Shown here: positions 1-10,923 of the stretch, one piece after another
Numbering within the stretch: the stretch's first letter is position 1
Layout of the letters: the number at the start of each line of letters is the position of its first letter
Assembly: GCA_945883545.1 (NCBI GenBank)
Contig: CAMCXT010000006.1
Coordinates: forward strand, 10,051 to 74,050
DNA: 64,000 bases
DNA from: Chitinophaga pinensis
Lineage (GTDB): Bacteria; Bacteroidota; Bacteroidia; M30B66
Direction: 5' to 3'
Made by a program: the position numbers and the translations under genes
Notes under the pieces: generated by a model
Databases searched by the model: none
What the model was told of the DNA's origin: nothing
The model's input: the letters and a program-made list of their open reading frames with translations, nothing else

Positions 1-847
1 CCATGGCTGCATGTAACTGCGGACCACATTCGCATCGGCATGAACCGAAAATGTCGCCTGTTAGACAAGACGAATGCACACGAACCAAAACAGGTTCATC
101 GGGTTCCCAAGTGCCTTTTACCAAAGCCAAATGCGGCTGACCAGTATTTGTTTGTGTGTAGGCAATCAAATCAAAATCCCCACGATCAGTAGGCAAGTCT
201 ACATCTACTTCGCGCTTGATCAAACTGTCGTGCTCTAGTCTGTATTTGATTAAATCTTCTATTGAGATAATCTTGTAGCCTTTCTCAGCTGCCAATTCCT
301 TTAATTCAGGAAGACGCGCCATCGAGCCGTCTTCATTCATGATTTCTACCAAAACACCCACAGATTCAAAACCTGCTAGGCGCGAAAGATCTGAAGCGGC
401 TTCGGTATGCCCAGCACGTCGCAAAACACCACCATTCTTCGCTTTCAAAGGGAAAATATGTCCTGGTCGTGCAAAATTGTTGGGTTGCATTTCTGGATTG
501 ATCAATGCCAAAATAGTTTTCGAACGGTCTTGAGCAGAAATCCCTGATGTACAACCATATCCAAGCAAATCGATCGAAATCGTAAAGGCTGTTTCATGCG
601 ATGAGGTGTTGTTGCTCACCATCATGTGAAGATCCAATGCCTCGCAACGTTCTTCGGTAACAGCTACGCAGATCAAGCCACGACCCTGTTTGCTCATGAA
701 GTTCACCATTTCGGGTGTTGCATGTCGCGCCGCACAGATGAAATCACCTTCATTTTCGCGGTTTTCATCATCTACAACGATAATGGCTTTCCCGTTTTTC
801 AAATCTTCGATGGCTTCGGGAATGGTATTGAGGCTGCTTGTGTGCAT
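1..847 (-). CDS. ribBA: Bifunctional 3,4-dihydroxy-2-butanone-4-phosphate synthase / GTP cyclohydrolase II (RibBA). N-terminal ~282 aa are in the window and the C-terminus runs off the window start.
   Basis: Reverse-strand translation from the ATG at 847 reads [36 protein letters not shown]... (DHBP synthase signature) and then ...[28 protein letters not shown] (start of the GTP cyclohydrolase II Cys cluster). The ORF is open to position 1. Confidence 0.85.
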   Translation of the reverse strand, partial: MHTSSLNTIPEAIEDLKNGKAIIVVDDENRENEGDFICAARHATPEMVNFMSKQGRGLICVAVTEERCEALDLHMMVSNNTSSHETAFTISIDLLGYGCTSGISAQDRSKTILALINPEMQPNNFARPGHIFPLKAKNGGVLRRAGHTEAASDLSRLAGFESVGVLVEIMNEDGSMARLPELKELAAEKGYKIISIEDLIKYRLEHDSLIKREVDVDLPTDRGDFDLIAYTQTNTGQPHLALVKGTWEPDEPVLVRVHSSCLTGDIFGSCRCECGPQLHAAM

Positions 848-849
848 GG

Positions 850-2049
850 CTAGTTAATTGGTCGGCTTTCTGAAGTAACTTCTTCAGTTGATTCAAGAAA
901 ACGGTTGAGCGCTTTGTTTTGTTCAGCCCAACTGTATCGGCTCAACATGAGTTCGCGGGCATTTTGTCCGAGGCGAATCGCTAACTCGGTATTGTTCAAT
1001 AGATATGAAATGGCTTCAGCAACTTTTGCAGGCGTGTCGGCAATCCAAATTTCTTTGCCATGGCGTGCACCAATGGCATTGTTTGCCAGGCTAGTCGTGA
1101 TTACAGGCATGCCCATCGACATGGCTTCAAGGATTTTATTTTGCATACCGATGCCTATTTGCATAGGCGCTACAAACAATCGGGCTTGTTGATAGTATTT
1201 TCTGAGATCCTTCACCCAACCTGTTAATTGCAGATTTCTTGAATGAAGTCGGGTTAACTCTGCAGACGGATTCTTTCCCGCTGCAACCAGCTGAATGTGA
1301 GGAAAATCTTCCTTCAACAATGGAAAAACCTCTCTCACCAAATAACTCACACAATTCACATTGGGCTCGTATTGCATGTTGCCCGTAAACAGTAAATCGA
1401 TCGTTTTAGCAGATGGCTCAGGTTTGTAGAAATCAACGTCCACTCCATTTGGAAGGATGATCATTTCCTTTCGTGCAGGATGATCGATCAAACCTGCATC
1501 TTGCTGAGAAATGATGAAACGTTTCTCAAATTGATCAAACACATCGGTTTCATATTTCCGCAAACGATTCAATTCAACCTTGATGAGCAAACGTTTAAAA
1601 AAAGATTCATGCTCTAACCTGCGCTCCAAACCTTTCGAAAATGCATCTTGGTAATCAATCACTTTTCTCGGAACCTGAAGCGTTTTGCAATGTGCTGCCA
1701 TGCGAACGAGCTGACAATACAAAAGATCTGGTTTTACTTGAGATGTATATTTTTTCAATCGCTTCAAGGATGCACGCGAGGTGAAATATGCTACTTGAAA
1801 TGGCAAACGGCTAAACACATTGAACGCAAGACGCAAAATTATCCCCGGAAGGGACTGCTTAACAATGCAAACATCTGCGCAAACAGCCTTTACTTTCTCG
1901 AGTTCTTCGGGCTGAATTTTCTCGTTGGTGAGGCAAAACAGAAACACTTGATGCGATTCTGCCAAACCCAAAATGTGGTGCCAAGCTCTGAGTTTATCTC
2001 CCTTATCTGTTGGAAGCGGAAATCTAGAAAGGACAACTAATACTTTCAA
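850..2049 (-). CDS. Glycosyltransferase family 4 (GT-B fold).
   Basis: 399-aa ORF. The C-terminal half carries the GT4 hallmark E-x7-E region (...[36 protein letters not shown]...). Its stop directly abuts the ribBA start and it overlaps the upstream GT4 gene by 4 nt. Confidence 0.75.
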   Translation of the reverse strand: MKVLVVLSRFPLPTDKGDKLRAWHHILGLAESHQVFLFCLTNEKIQPEELEKVKAVCADVCIVKQSLPGIILRLAFNVFSRLPFQVAYFTSRASLKRLKKYTSQVKPDLLYCQLVRMAAHCKTLQVPRKVIDYQDAFSKGLERRLEHESFFKRLLIKVELNRLRKYETDVFDQFEKRFIISQQDAGLIDHPARKEMIILPNGVDVDFYKPEPSAKTIDLLFTGNMQYEPNVNCVSYLVREVFPLLKEDFPHIQLVAAGKNPSAELTRLHSRNLQLTGWVKDLRKYYQQARLFVAPMQIGIGMQNKILEAMSMGMPVITTSLANNAIGARHGKEIWIADTPAKVAEAISYLLNNTELAIRLGQNARELMLSRYSWAEQNKALNRFLESTEEVTSESRPIN

Positions 2050-3239
2050 GTGCTGATAAGGGTTTTGTAGAATGCAATGAGCCGGTTCGTTAAAGTTTCC
2101 GGATCAAAATTGTTACGGGCAAAGTTAATCGCATTTTCTGAAACCTCGTTTATCAGCTCAGGATTATCCCTCAGGCGCTGAATGACCTCAACAAAATCAG
2201 CAGGTTGGTTACAAATAAATAAGTGTTTCCCATGTTCTGCATCAATGCCTTCAAGTCCACAACTTGTGGTTAAAATTACTTTGCCCAAGCTGAGTCCTTC
2301 GATAATTTTCACGCGAATTCCTCCGCCACTTAACAGCGGAACCACCATCAAACCGTTATCGCGCATAAACGCATAAGCATCGGGCGCTTCCATTATTTTC
2401 ACACCGTCGATGTTCAATTTTTTGTACCGTTTCGGCATAGATTTACCTGCAAAACTGAAGGTAATTTCCGGGAATTTCTGATGCACTTCAGGCCAAACAT
2501 CCTTCAAAAACCAGTCGATTGCTTCTTGGTTTGGCTGCCAATCCATTGCTCCAATATGAAAGAGCTTTTGGGTTTCATTCAGTTTATTTGGGTTTTCCCT
2601 CCGGGGAATGGGCTGCGCGATTCCGATAACTTCGGCAGGAACATTAAGCCCCATCTGATAGAATTGTTCAAGATCGCTTGAGGAAATTGCTACCACGGCC
2701 GAAACACTACGAATTCGTTGAATTTCCTCCAGTTTCAATCGACGACTCATTTTAGATAAGTAGAACCGTTTGAGCGGATTGGCAGCATTTTGAGCGAGGC
2801 GTTCCCATATTTTATGCTCCACATTGTGGGCACGAAGCACCACTGGGCATTTGATTTTATCGAGAATCGGATAAATCAGCTCCAAGGCAAAAATGCTCTC
2901 AGCCTGCACTATGTCGTATTTCTCAGCCTTGATTCTTAGCAGTAAGTTTTCAGCAATCTGTTCAGATCTGAAACGCGCTAAGTTGTAGGAAGATCTAGAT
3001 CCAATCAGGTTAAACAATGCTCCACCAATCCGAACGCTGGTATCGAGATTTTCGGTGTGTACATAAAATGGGTAATTCTTCGGAATATCAGCAGGAATAG
3101 GATGTCCGGGAGTTCCAAGTAAGAACTGATGAAGTTCTATTCCGGCATTCTTTAATCCTTCTGCCATACTTTTCATGGCGAGTTTTCCTCCATCCATGGG
3201 TGGAAACAGACCTTTCTGACTGATCTGAAGGATTTTCAA
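2046..3239 (-). CDS. Glycosyltransferase family 4.
   Basis: 397-aa ORF with GT4-like C-terminal motif (...KIIEGLSLGKVILTTSCGLEGIDAEHGKHLFICNQP...). It overlaps the upstream LptF/G gene by 4 nt. Confidence 0.75.
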   Translation of the reverse strand: MKILQISQKGLFPPMDGGKLAMKSMAEGLKNAGIELHQFLLGTPGHPIPADIPKNYPFYVHTENLDTSVRIGGALFNLIGSRSSYNLARFRSEQIAENLLLRIKAEKYDIVQAESIFALELIYPILDKIKCPVVLRAHNVEHKIWERLAQNAANPLKRFYLSKMSRRLKLEEIQRIRSVSAVVAISSSDLEQFYQMGLNVPAEVIGIAQPIPRRENPNKLNETQKLFHIGAMDWQPNQEAIDWFLKDVWPEVHQKFPEITFSFAGKSMPKRYKKLNIDGVKIMEAPDAYAFMRDNGLMVVPLLSGGGIRVKIIEGLSLGKVILTTSCGLEGIDAEHGKHLFICNQPADFVEVIQRLRDNPELINEVSENAINFARNNFDPETLTNRLIAFYKTLIST

Positions 3240-4891
3240 CGCTTGGTTGCAGGTTTGAAAATTGAAACCAACGAGACAAAAAATCGGCGGTAAGCGTCCA
3301 TATCAAACAGCACAGAATCGCGCGTTGATTTGTAGGTCAAAAACAATCCAATTGGAAGTAGCACAGCAGTTGAAAGCCACATGCCCCAAAAAGGTGTGAG
3401 CACTGCTTCACGGGCAAGTTTTTCGCCAGTGATTGACACCATGTGGTAGATAACGAAGAAGATCAACGAAAAAACCACCGGCATTCCCAAACCACCTTTT
3501 CGAACAATCGCTCCCAACGGAGCACCAACTAAGAATAGTACCAAACATGCAAACGACAAAGTGAATTTTCGGTGCCATTCAATTTGGTGGCGATACACAC
3601 GTTCTTGCTCCTGTTCGAAGGTCGTGATGGAGAAATCTAACGAACTTTTTGATGACCTTAAAATCGATGATGCTTGCTCAAGAATTCTGAGTTTCTCACT
3701 TGACTTGAAGTTATTTATAACGACTTGTTTGTCTTTAAGTTCCTTCTGCTGATAGTTTGAAATCACCGGCTCTTCCTTCGGATCATTCAATCTTCTTAGA
3801 CTATCAATGCTCATTACTTTACCCGTTTTCATAGCTTCTTTCATGGCAATCTGAAGCAGCAATTCCTCTTCGCGCTTTAAATTAGAATCAAGAGGTACTT
3901 TAACAATGGTATCCTTTTTAACCTCCGTTTTTATCTTGTTGCTAAAAGTGGTGGTGTAGTTTCTTTTAAGGTCGAAAAACGGACCATGAAACAAGACTTT
4001 GGTCAGGTAAAGTTTATCGGCAAGTATCTCACGCTCTAAGGTATCAGTTTCAGCTTGAAGCTGCGACAGATTGAGCATCTGGTAATTTTTCTTGTACAGA
4101 TTTTCGTCTGATTTGCCCATGCTAAAAATCGACAAATCGAAGCGAATCAAATCTTCAGCAAATTGCTCTTTCAGGAATGGAAAAGAGTTTCTGCTTCTCT
4201 TTTTGCCAGGTTCGGCTTCGGTATATGTGTAGCCGTTTTTAAGGCGTAGTTCAAGGTAACGTTTATCGGCCGATTGATTCATTTCGCCCTTTTCGGCAAT
4301 AATGAGTCGTTCGTTTCCATTCTGCCGCGAATGGTCATAAATCATGATGTCGGAAAGCTCTTTTCCGTCGCTCGATTTTTTACCAATTCTGATTACATAT
4401 TTATCAATATCATTGTTAAAAACGCCCGGTTTGATATTGAGTTCAGGCCGTTTTTGAGTGATGTCGCCCAACAGGGTTTTCATTTTCAAGTTGGCGATGG
4501 GCAGCACATTGTTTGAGAAATAAAAAGCGCCAATACTAAGTGCGAAACAAAGAATAAAAATTGGCCGCATGGCGCGCTGTAAGGAAATCCCAGAGGCCTT
4601 CATGGCGGTGAGTTCCATAAATTCACCCAAATTACCAAAGGTCATTAGCGAAGAAAGCAGAATGGCCAAAGGCAAAGCCAACGAAAAAGTGGTAAGTGAA
4701 ACTAAACCGAGCAGTTTAAAGATAATTACCCATTCGAGGCCTTTACCAACGAGGTCGTCGACGTACTTCCAAACGAACTGCATCAACAGGATAAACACTG
4801 CGATGAAGAACGTAAGAACAAAAGGTCCGAGATAGGACCTAAGGATGAATTTGTCTATTTTTTTCAATGAAAGCCTGAAATCAGTCGGCAA
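3236..4891 (-). CDS. LptF/LptG family (YjgP/YjgQ) lipopolysaccharide export permease, long Bacteroidota form.
   Basis: 551 aa. Three N-terminal TM helices are followed by a large periplasmic beta-jellyroll-like middle region and C-terminal TM helices (...FACLVLFLVGAPLGAIVRKGGLGMPVVFSLIFFVIYHMVSITGEKLAREAVLTPFWGMWLSTAVLLPIGLFLTYKSTRD), typical of the YjgP/YjgQ family. Confidence 0.7.
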   Translation of the reverse strand: MPTDFRLSLKKIDKFILRSYLGPFVLTFFIAVFILLMQFVWKYVDDLVGKGLEWVIIFKLLGLVSLTTFSLALPLAILLSSLMTFGNLGEFMELTAMKASGISLQRAMRPIFILCFALSIGAFYFSNNVLPIANLKMKTLLGDITQKRPELNIKPGVFNNDIDKYVIRIGKKSSDGKELSDIMIYDHSRQNGNERLIIAEKGEMNQSADKRYLELRLKNGYTYTEAEPGKKRSRNSFPFLKEQFAEDLIRFDLSIFSMGKSDENLYKKNYQMLNLSQLQAETDTLEREILADKLYLTKVLFHGPFFDLKRNYTTTFSNKIKTEVKKDTIVKVPLDSNLKREEELLLQIAMKEAMKTGKVMSIDSLRRLNDPKEEPVISNYQQKELKDKQVVINNFKSSEKLRILEQASSILRSSKSSLDFSITTFEQEQERVYRHQIEWHRKFTLSFACLVLFLVGAPLGAIVRKGGLGMPVVFSLIFFVIYHMVSITGEKLAREAVLTPFWGMWLSTAVLLPIGLFLTYKSTRDSVLFDMDAYRRFFVSLVSIFKPATKR

Positions 4892-4900
4892 AAATACACA

Positions 4901-5320
4901 TCAAGCGCCAATCACGCGGTGTAATTTCTGAATGGCACTATCCCAAGATAATTTAACTTCATCATCGTCGCCATCTTCAGCGAAATCTGTAACCATCAAG
5001 GCAGTTTCGCCGGTGATGTCGTCCACTTGAATTCGAAATTCGAAATACACATTGTCTGGACCATCCACCCAACGGTAACGTGCATATACATTTTCTCTAG
5101 AACCAGTAAGTTTGGCCACTTGTTCTGAGTCTTTGTTCCAAATAAAAGTATACATCCCCGCCCGAATATTCACATTATCGCAGAACCAATCCGAAAGCCC
5201 ACTTGGCTCTGTCAGAAAAGAATAGAGTACACCAGGCGAGCACCGCAGGAGATATTCAAGTTCAATTTTTTTCTGATCACTCATAGTTTTTAGCGTTAAT
5301 TGCAAGTTGCTATAATACAA
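4901..5320 (-). CDS. SRPBCC/START-like domain protein (Bacteroidota-specific small cytosolic protein). The true start is probably the internal Met at ~5281.
   Basis: 139-aa ORF; MSDQKKIELEYLLRCSPGVLYSFLTEPSGLSDWFCDNVN... resembles the START-like domain family. This is a family-level guess only. Confidence 0.45.
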   Translation of the reverse strand: MYYSNLQLTLKTMSDQKKIELEYLLRCSPGVLYSFLTEPSGLSDWFCDNVNIRAGMYTFIWNKDSEQVAKLTGSRENVYARYRWVDGPDNVYFEFRIQVDDITGETALMVTDFAEDGDDDEVKLSWDSAIQKLHRVIGA

Positions 5321-5418
5321 AAAGCCTTATTCACAGCAAATTCAAAATCGCTTATTTTATTGATATGCTTTCCTATCAGCGTGTTAAGGTTATTAACGAA
5401 TTGTGTTAATTTCGCGGC

Positions 5419-6159
5419 ATGTTCCGCGACAGAAAAGTAGTAGTTGTGCTTCCGGCTTACAATGCCGCACTAACCCTCGAAAAAACGTATGCCGAAATCC
5501 CTTTCGATATTGTGGATGAAGTGGTATTGGTTGATGACCACAGTTCAGACAATACCTCCGATTTGGCGAAAAGAATCGGCATTCGGCATGTAATCCGCCA
5601 CGAAAAGAACAAAGGATACGGCGGAAACCAAAAAACCTGTTACGCCAAAGCCTTAGAGCTTAATGCCGATGTGGTTGTGATGCTTCACCCTGATTATCAG
5701 TACACTCCACTGTTAATTCACTCGATGGTGGCCATTATCGCCAACGATTTGTATCCAGTTGTTTTTGGATCTCGAATTCTTGGAAAAGGTGCACTAAAAG
5801 GTGGAATGCCGATGTACAAATACATTGCGAATCGCTTCCTCACTTTGAGTCAGAACATCTTGATGAACCAAAAACTGTCGGAATACCACACTGGCTTCAG
5901 GGCATTTTCGGGTGAAGTTCTTAAGAGTCTTGATTTCACGCACAATTCCGACGATTTCATTTTCGACAATCAAATGATCGCTCAAGTTTTCGCCAAAGGT
6001 TTCGAAATCGGTGAGATTACTTGTCCAACAAAATATTTTGAAGAAGCCTCTTCGATCAATTTCCGTCGAAGCTCTATCTATGGATTGGGTGTTTTGGGCG
6101 TTTCATTTCGGTATATGTTGCACAAGGCAGGCCTGGCCAAATGGAAACTTCTCGCTTAA
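5419..6159 (+). CDS. Glycosyltransferase family 2 (dolichol-phosphate mannosyltransferase-like, GT-A fold).
   Basis: VVVVLPAYNAALTLEKT...VVLVDDHSSDNTSDLA...HEKNKGYGGNQKTCYAKA...ADVVVMLHPDYQY carries the GT2 DxD/DxH region. 246 aa, no TM helices. Confidence 0.75.
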   Translation: MFRDRKVVVVLPAYNAALTLEKTYAEIPFDIVDEVVLVDDHSSDNTSDLAKRIGIRHVIRHEKNKGYGGNQKTCYAKALELNADVVVMLHPDYQYTPLLIHSMVAIIANDLYPVVFGSRILGKGALKGGMPMYKYIANRFLTLSQNILMNQKLSEYHTGFRAFSGEVLKSLDFTHNSDDFIFDNQMIAQVFAKGFEIGEITCPTKYFEEASSINFRRSSIYGLGVLGVSFRYMLHKAGLAKWKLLA

Positions 6160-6163
6160 TAGC

Positions 6164-6931
6164 CTAGATAATTCCCAAGGCGATCAAACTTCCCGACAAC
6201 AAAAGGAACACAGCCACCAACTTTCGAATCAACGAAATTTGAACTTTCCCAATGTACTTGTTGCCTAACCAAGCGCCTGCAAATGCCGAAAGCACAGCAG
6301 GTAACAAGGTCATGTAAGGCAATTCTCCTTCGCCACCGATATACATATAATATGGTATCCGAGTGAGGTCGATCGCACAGGCAATAAAAATCCCTGTGGC
6401 AATAAACGCTTCGCGGGATAAACCTGCACGAATCAAAAACGCAGTTCTGAGCGCACCTTGATGCCCACTCAATCCCCCAAAAAATCCTGATAAAATCCCG
6501 CCTAAGGGAAGCCACTTGAGATCGATTTGAAGCGCTCCGAATTTCTTGCTGAGCTCGAGAATCCCAAAAATCACCATCAACAAACCTACCGTCAATTGAA
6601 TTGGATCGATAACATATCCCATTTCTCCAATTGTATAATGGTATAAACCTTCCGATTCATCAAGAATACCAAGCAGATTCGCCCCTGCCAAGCCTGCAGG
6701 AATCGCAAACAATGCAAATTTCAGCGCCAGTTGCTTGTTCGCTTGTTTCCAAACCAGCACTGCCTTGAAACTATTGTTCAGAAAATGAACCAATGCCGTG
6801 AGAAAAACGGCTGTTTGCACACCATAGAATACCGAAAATACTGGCAGAAGAAGGGTGCCAAGTCCGAAGCCGCTGTAAAAAGTAAGCAACGAAGCCAAAA
6901 AGGCAACAACACAAATGAGTAGAATTTCCAA
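6164..6931 (-). CDS. TSUP family (TauE/SafE) sulfite/anion exporter-like membrane protein.
   Basis: 255 aa and highly hydrophobic, with a duplicated 4-TM architecture and Gly-rich helices (LSGFFGGLSGHQGALRTAFL...) typical of TauE/SafE. Confidence 0.65.
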   Translation of the reverse strand: MEILLICVVAFLASLLTFYSGFGLGTLLLPVFSVFYGVQTAVFLTALVHFLNNSFKAVLVWKQANKQLALKFALFAIPAGLAGANLLGILDESEGLYHYTIGEMGYVIDPIQLTVGLLMVIFGILELSKKFGALQIDLKWLPLGGILSGFFGGLSGHQGALRTAFLIRAGLSREAFIATGIFIACAIDLTRIPYYMYIGGEGELPYMTLLPAVLSAFAGAWLGNKYIGKVQISLIRKLVAVFLLLSGSLIALGII

Positions 6932-6941
6932 AACGAGCCTT

Positions 6942-8240
6942 TCAGTTTGAATGGTCGCAATTTACAGCACAATTTGAGAGATCTTTCAAATCGTTGATGA
7001 ATGGGGCATTTTCGCTGTACAGAAAAGTATTCTGTGAAGATTCAAACGGTCGGAAGAGGTAAAAAACTTGGTGGTTCTTGATTCTGATTTTATCCACATA
7101 ACGATGCGTGAGCCTGAATTCCTCCGCACTATTCTTCGACAGATTCTTCAACCACGAAACGCCCAATCTTAAATACAAAGCGTAAACTTCACCAGTGGTT
7201 TCATCCTGAATGAGCTGCTTTTGGTATGACTTGTCTTCATGGAACTTCATAGTCTCTTGGCTACTTCGTTGCACATGTTCATCGAAAATCAACAACGAAT
7301 CCCGGTAATGGTCAAACGTTTCAAATTGGTTGTTTTGTTTCATCATCGGGCTATACAAAGGATGCCACCAAATGGAGCGTGTGAAACCAGTGTAGGCAGC
7401 CGCAAGGTCATATTGATCTTCTCCTGTCCGCCGGCAACGGCGCCTAATTTCTGTTTGATCCTTGAACGACAAGAAATTGAATTCAGCAAAGTACAAATCC
7501 CGCAGATGTTTGTCTTTTACAGTTAAAACAGTATCGTAATTCCCTTTACGATCGAGTTTCAAGTAGGCAAATTCAGGCCGGTCGTTTCTCCAAGTACTGT
7601 AAACCATCGCCGAATCGTTCATCACTGGTACGCGTCGAATGCCTGAATAATAATCGTCTGTTCCAATAGACGAAAGCATATGCATCGATACCAAGTACAC
7701 CGACGACAAACATTCTAAATAAATTGTTCCAGCAGCATCTTTAAAAAACCTTTCAGCCTGATCTTGAAGCTTATACGCCTTTAGTTCACGGTTTTGTTGG
7801 TCAAACAGCCTAAGCATGCAACGATCTGGACGTTTATCCCAAGTGAGCAGCCAAATAGAGTCACCCCAAAAAACATAGTCTTTGATCATCCAAACCGGCG
7901 AACTCACGATGGTATCGGGATGAACAATTCCATTCACTTCGAAGGTTTTGAGTGTATTGTCTTTTCGATGCATCAGTAATTGATTATCGGAGAGCATGGT
8001 CACTTCCACCTTCAAGGGATCAAATCCGGTTCGATTGATCCGCAAGTGTTTGATTCCTAATGTGTCGATCCCAAAACAACCTTGTGCATTCGAGTACACT
8101 TGTTGGTTTCCATTGGTAATAACAGCGCCCGAAACAGGCTTTCCATCTTGATCTACCAAACATGCTTCAAGGCGTTGAGCATTCGCATCGGCAACCAAAA
8201 GCAGCATCACAACTGCTAAAAGAAAATGTTGAATCCGCAT
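6942..8240 (-). CDS. Hypothetical secreted protein with an N-terminal carboxypeptidase-regulatory-like domain.
   Basis: The signal peptide is MRIQHFLLAVVMLLLVADANAQ. It is followed by a beta-sandwich-like segment (GKPVSGAVITNGNQQVYSNAQGCFGI). The remainder carries no recognisable catalytic motif. Confidence 0.4.
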   Translation of the reverse strand: MRIQHFLLAVVMLLLVADANAQRLEACLVDQDGKPVSGAVITNGNQQVYSNAQGCFGIDTLGIKHLRINRTGFDPLKVEVTMLSDNQLLMHRKDNTLKTFEVNGIVHPDTIVSSPVWMIKDYVFWGDSIWLLTWDKRPDRCMLRLFDQQNRELKAYKLQDQAERFFKDAAGTIYLECLSSVYLVSMHMLSSIGTDDYYSGIRRVPVMNDSAMVYSTWRNDRPEFAYLKLDRKGNYDTVLTVKDKHLRDLYFAEFNFLSFKDQTEIRRRCRRTGEDQYDLAAAYTGFTRSIWWHPLYSPMMKQNNQFETFDHYRDSLLIFDEHVQRSSQETMKFHEDKSYQKQLIQDETTGEVYALYLRLGVSWLKNLSKNSAEEFRLTHRYVDKIRIKNHQVFYLFRPFESSQNTFLYSENAPFINDLKDLSNCAVNCDHSN

Positions 8241-8418
8241 GGCTTTAAGTTTTGAATGAAATTAGCCATCCGCAAGTAAAAGTAGAAATACAGAATCGGT
8301 CGGTTGTCGGACAATGTGCCAGAAATTCTGATCCTAAACTTTCATCTTTTATGATCTTAATAAGCGCGAATCAACCACTTTAAAAAATGTTTTCACAAGT
8401 CGTATTATTTAATCTGAA

Positions 8419-8994
8419 TTGCTTGGATTGCAGATTCGCATAACGGTTCTTTGCACAGTGACGAAAAGGGTATTGCTAACAGGTGGTCCGGGATTCGGAA
8501 AGTCGAGCATCATTGAAGAAATGGAGCGTCGTGGTCTGAATGTACACCATGAAATTGCGCGGAATATTATCCAACAATCCATCGAAACTGGCGGCACATC
8601 CACACCTTGGCAAGACATCGATTTGTTTTCTAAACTTGTGCTCGAAGGCCGAATTCAACAGTTTCATGAAAGTGTAAATACTACATCCTTTTATGATCGC
8701 GGCATTCCCGATATCGCAGGATTTCTAAAGAAGGAAAAACAAGCCATCCCTGCAGCATTGTGGCAACATTGTGAATCTTTGAAATACTTCCGACTGGTTT
8801 TTATCACTCCTCCTTGGGAAGCCATTTTTCAAAAAGACCCTGAACGAAAAGAAGATTTTGTGGCGGCAATAAAAGTTCACAAAGCGCTCGAAAGCATCTA
8901 TATAGAACTAGGCTACAAACTTATTCCGGTTCCAATGGGATCGATAACGCAGCGCGCCGACTTCATTTTAAATTTCCCTGGAGTGCGTTCTTGA
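8419..8994 (+). CDS. P-loop NTPase (AAA_28 / NadR-C-like predicted ATPase/kinase). The likely true start is the GTG at ~8460.
   Basis: Walker A is VLLTGGPGFGKSS. The small size (~178 aa from 8460) suggests a nucleoside/nucleotide kinase-like fold. The first 14 codons of the track ORF look like leader. Confidence 0.5.
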   Translation: MLGLQIRITVLCTVTKRVLLTGGPGFGKSSIIEEMERRGLNVHHEIARNIIQQSIETGGTSTPWQDIDLFSKLVLEGRIQQFHESVNTTSFYDRGIPDIAGFLKKEKQAIPAALWQHCESLKYFRLVFITPPWEAIFQKDPERKEDFVAAIKVHKALESIYIELGYKLIPVPMGSITQRADFILNFPGVRS

Positions 8995-9030
8995 ATTAAT
9001 CACGTGGTTTTCGAGTAATTTTAACCGCCC

Positions 9031-10923
9031 ATGTTCAAACCCGAAGATATACTGCAACAATATTGGGACTTCAATGCCTTTCGGCCCCTGCAAAGAGATA
9101 TTGTGCAATCGGTTTTGGATGGCCACGATACCTTAGCGCTGCTTCCCACTGGTGGAGGAAAATCGCTCTGCTTTCAAGTACCAGCGCTATGTATCGACCA
9201 GTTGTGCTTAGTGGTTTCGCCGCTCATTGCGCTGATGAACGATCAAGTCGACAATCTTCGTAAACGCGGCATCGAAGCAGGATTGATCTCATCCGCCATG
9301 GCGCCTGAAGAAATTCCTATTGTGCTCGACAACTGCATGAGTGGGAAGTACAAGTTTCTTTACGTGTCGCCGGAACGCCTTACCAATGAGCACTTTATTG
9401 AAGCACTTCGACACTCCCGGGTGGGCATGATCGCCGTCGATGAAGCGCATTGCATCTCCCAGTGGGGCTACGATTTCAGACCAGCATATCTGGAGATTTC
9501 AAAAATTAGAGCACTCATCGGGCTTCAAATTCCGATCATTGCATTAACAGCAACTGCTACACCGAGTGTTTGTAACGACATTGAATCGAAGCTAGAATTC
9601 AAGAATAACAAGCGTTTCCAAAAGAGCTTCAGAAGAGATGAATTGGTTTATGTAGTTCGTGAAACGGAAGATAAACTGAAGCAAATACTTCGAATTCTCG
9701 ACAAAGTGCCTGGAAGCTCGGTGATTTATGTGCGCAACAGAAAAAAGACGCGTGAAATCTCCGATTGGCTTATCCAACAAGGCATTGCTGCCACTTCATA
9801 CCACGCAGGAATCGACTTTGTAACACGAGCACTTAGGCAACAACATTGGATCGAAGGAAAAATCCGCGTGATTGTTTGCACGAATGCCTTTGGAATGGGG
9901 ATCGATAAACCCGATGTGCGCTCAGTGATACATATAGATCTACCCGATTCTCCTGAAGCCTATTTTCAAGAAGCCGGGCGAGGCGGAAGGGATGGCAAAA
10001 AATCGTGGGCTGTGTTACTTTCTGAGCCAGCCGATGCGGAAGATGCCATTCAAAGATTCAGGCGACAGTTTCCAGGTTTCGACACTGTGAAAGCCATCTA
10101 CAATTGGATCGGTAATTATTTGCAACTGCCCGTTGGAAGCGGCGAAGGACTCTCCTACCCTTTCGATGCTGGTGAATTTTCAATGCGCTACAAAATTCAT
10201 CCAATCGAGTGCATTCAAGCCATTCGATTCATGGAGCAAGAAGGATTGTTAAGCTTTTCGGGCGATGCCGCAACGCAATCGAGGGTGTTCATCCCTGTTG
10301 ATAAGGAAACGCTATATGAATATGAAGTAAAAAATCAACAGGCAGAACTGCTTCTGAGAACCATGCTTCGCTCGTATGGCGGCATGTTTCAAGATTATGT
10401 AATTATCCGCGAACGCGAACTTGCTGAACGCTGCGGAATGCCTGAGCCGGAAATAAAAAAACGACTTCAGATCATGCATCAAGCTGGAGTGATAAGCTAT
10501 TTCCCTGCGAATCAACAACCTAAGATCTTTTTCACGATGGGCAGGCAACATCCCGACAGAATCCCAATGTCGGCTAAAACCTACGCCGAACGAGCAGAAG
10601 TCGCCTTATCGAGATTCAAAACCATGGTCGACTACATGCAGCAGCCCGACTTGTGTAGAGCTGTTTTCTTGCTTGAGTATTTCGGAGAAAAAAATCAAGA
10701 TCCTTGCGGAAGATGTGATGTTTGCTTGAAAAATAAGGACAGAAATATCGAATTGCTTGAACAGAAAATCCTCGATTGGATTGATGGAGCAGATATGACT
10801 ATCGAAAAACTCGAAAAAAGCTATTTAGGAAATCCAGAAATTCTGGTTGAAGCACTTAGAAATTTATTGGATCAAAATTTAATCGAAGAACTTTCATCAG
10901 GTCATTTTAGAAAAAAATCATGA
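9031..10923 (+). CDS. recQ: ATP-dependent DNA helicase RecQ.
   Basis: RecQ signature N-terminus FRPLQRDIVQSVLDGHDTLALLPTGGGKSLCFQVPAL, DEAH box (IAVDEAHCISQWGYDFR) and Zn-binding Cys cluster near the C-terminus (CGRCDVC). 630 aa. Confidence 0.9.
   Translation: MFKPEDILQQYWDFNAFRPLQRDIVQSVLDGHDTLALLPTGGGKSLCFQVPALCIDQLCLVVSPLIALMNDQVDNLRKRGIEAGLISSAMAPEEIPIVLDNCMSGKYKFLYVSPERLTNEHFIEALRHSRVGMIAVDEAHCISQWGYDFRPAYLEISKIRALIGLQIPIIALTATATPSVCNDIESKLEFKNNKRFQKSFRRDELVYVVRETEDKLKQILRILDKVPGSSVIYVRNRKKTREISDWLIQQGIAATSYHAGIDFVTRALRQQHWIEGKIRVIVCTNAFGMGIDKPDVRSVIHIDLPDSPEAYFQEAGRGGRDGKKSWAVLLSEPADAEDAIQRFRRQFPGFDTVKAIYNWIGNYLQLPVGSGEGLSYPFDAGEFSMRYKIHPIECIQAIRFMEQEGLLSFSGDAATQSRVFIPVDKETLYEYEVKNQQAELLLRTMLRSYGGMFQDYVIIRERELAERCGMPEPEIKKRLQIMHQAGVISYFPANQQPKIFFTMGRQHPDRIPMSAKTYAERAEVALSRFKTMVDYMQQPDLCRAVFLLEYFGEKNQDPCGRCDVCLKNKDRNIELLEQKILDWIDGADMTIEKLEKSYLGNPEILVEALRNLLDQNLIEELSSGHFRKKS

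Noticed and set aside
7092-7100. Perfect DnaA-box-like 9-mer TTATCCACA.
   Set aside because: It is a single copy located inside the 6942..8240 coding sequence and far from dnaA. A lone box is not an origin.
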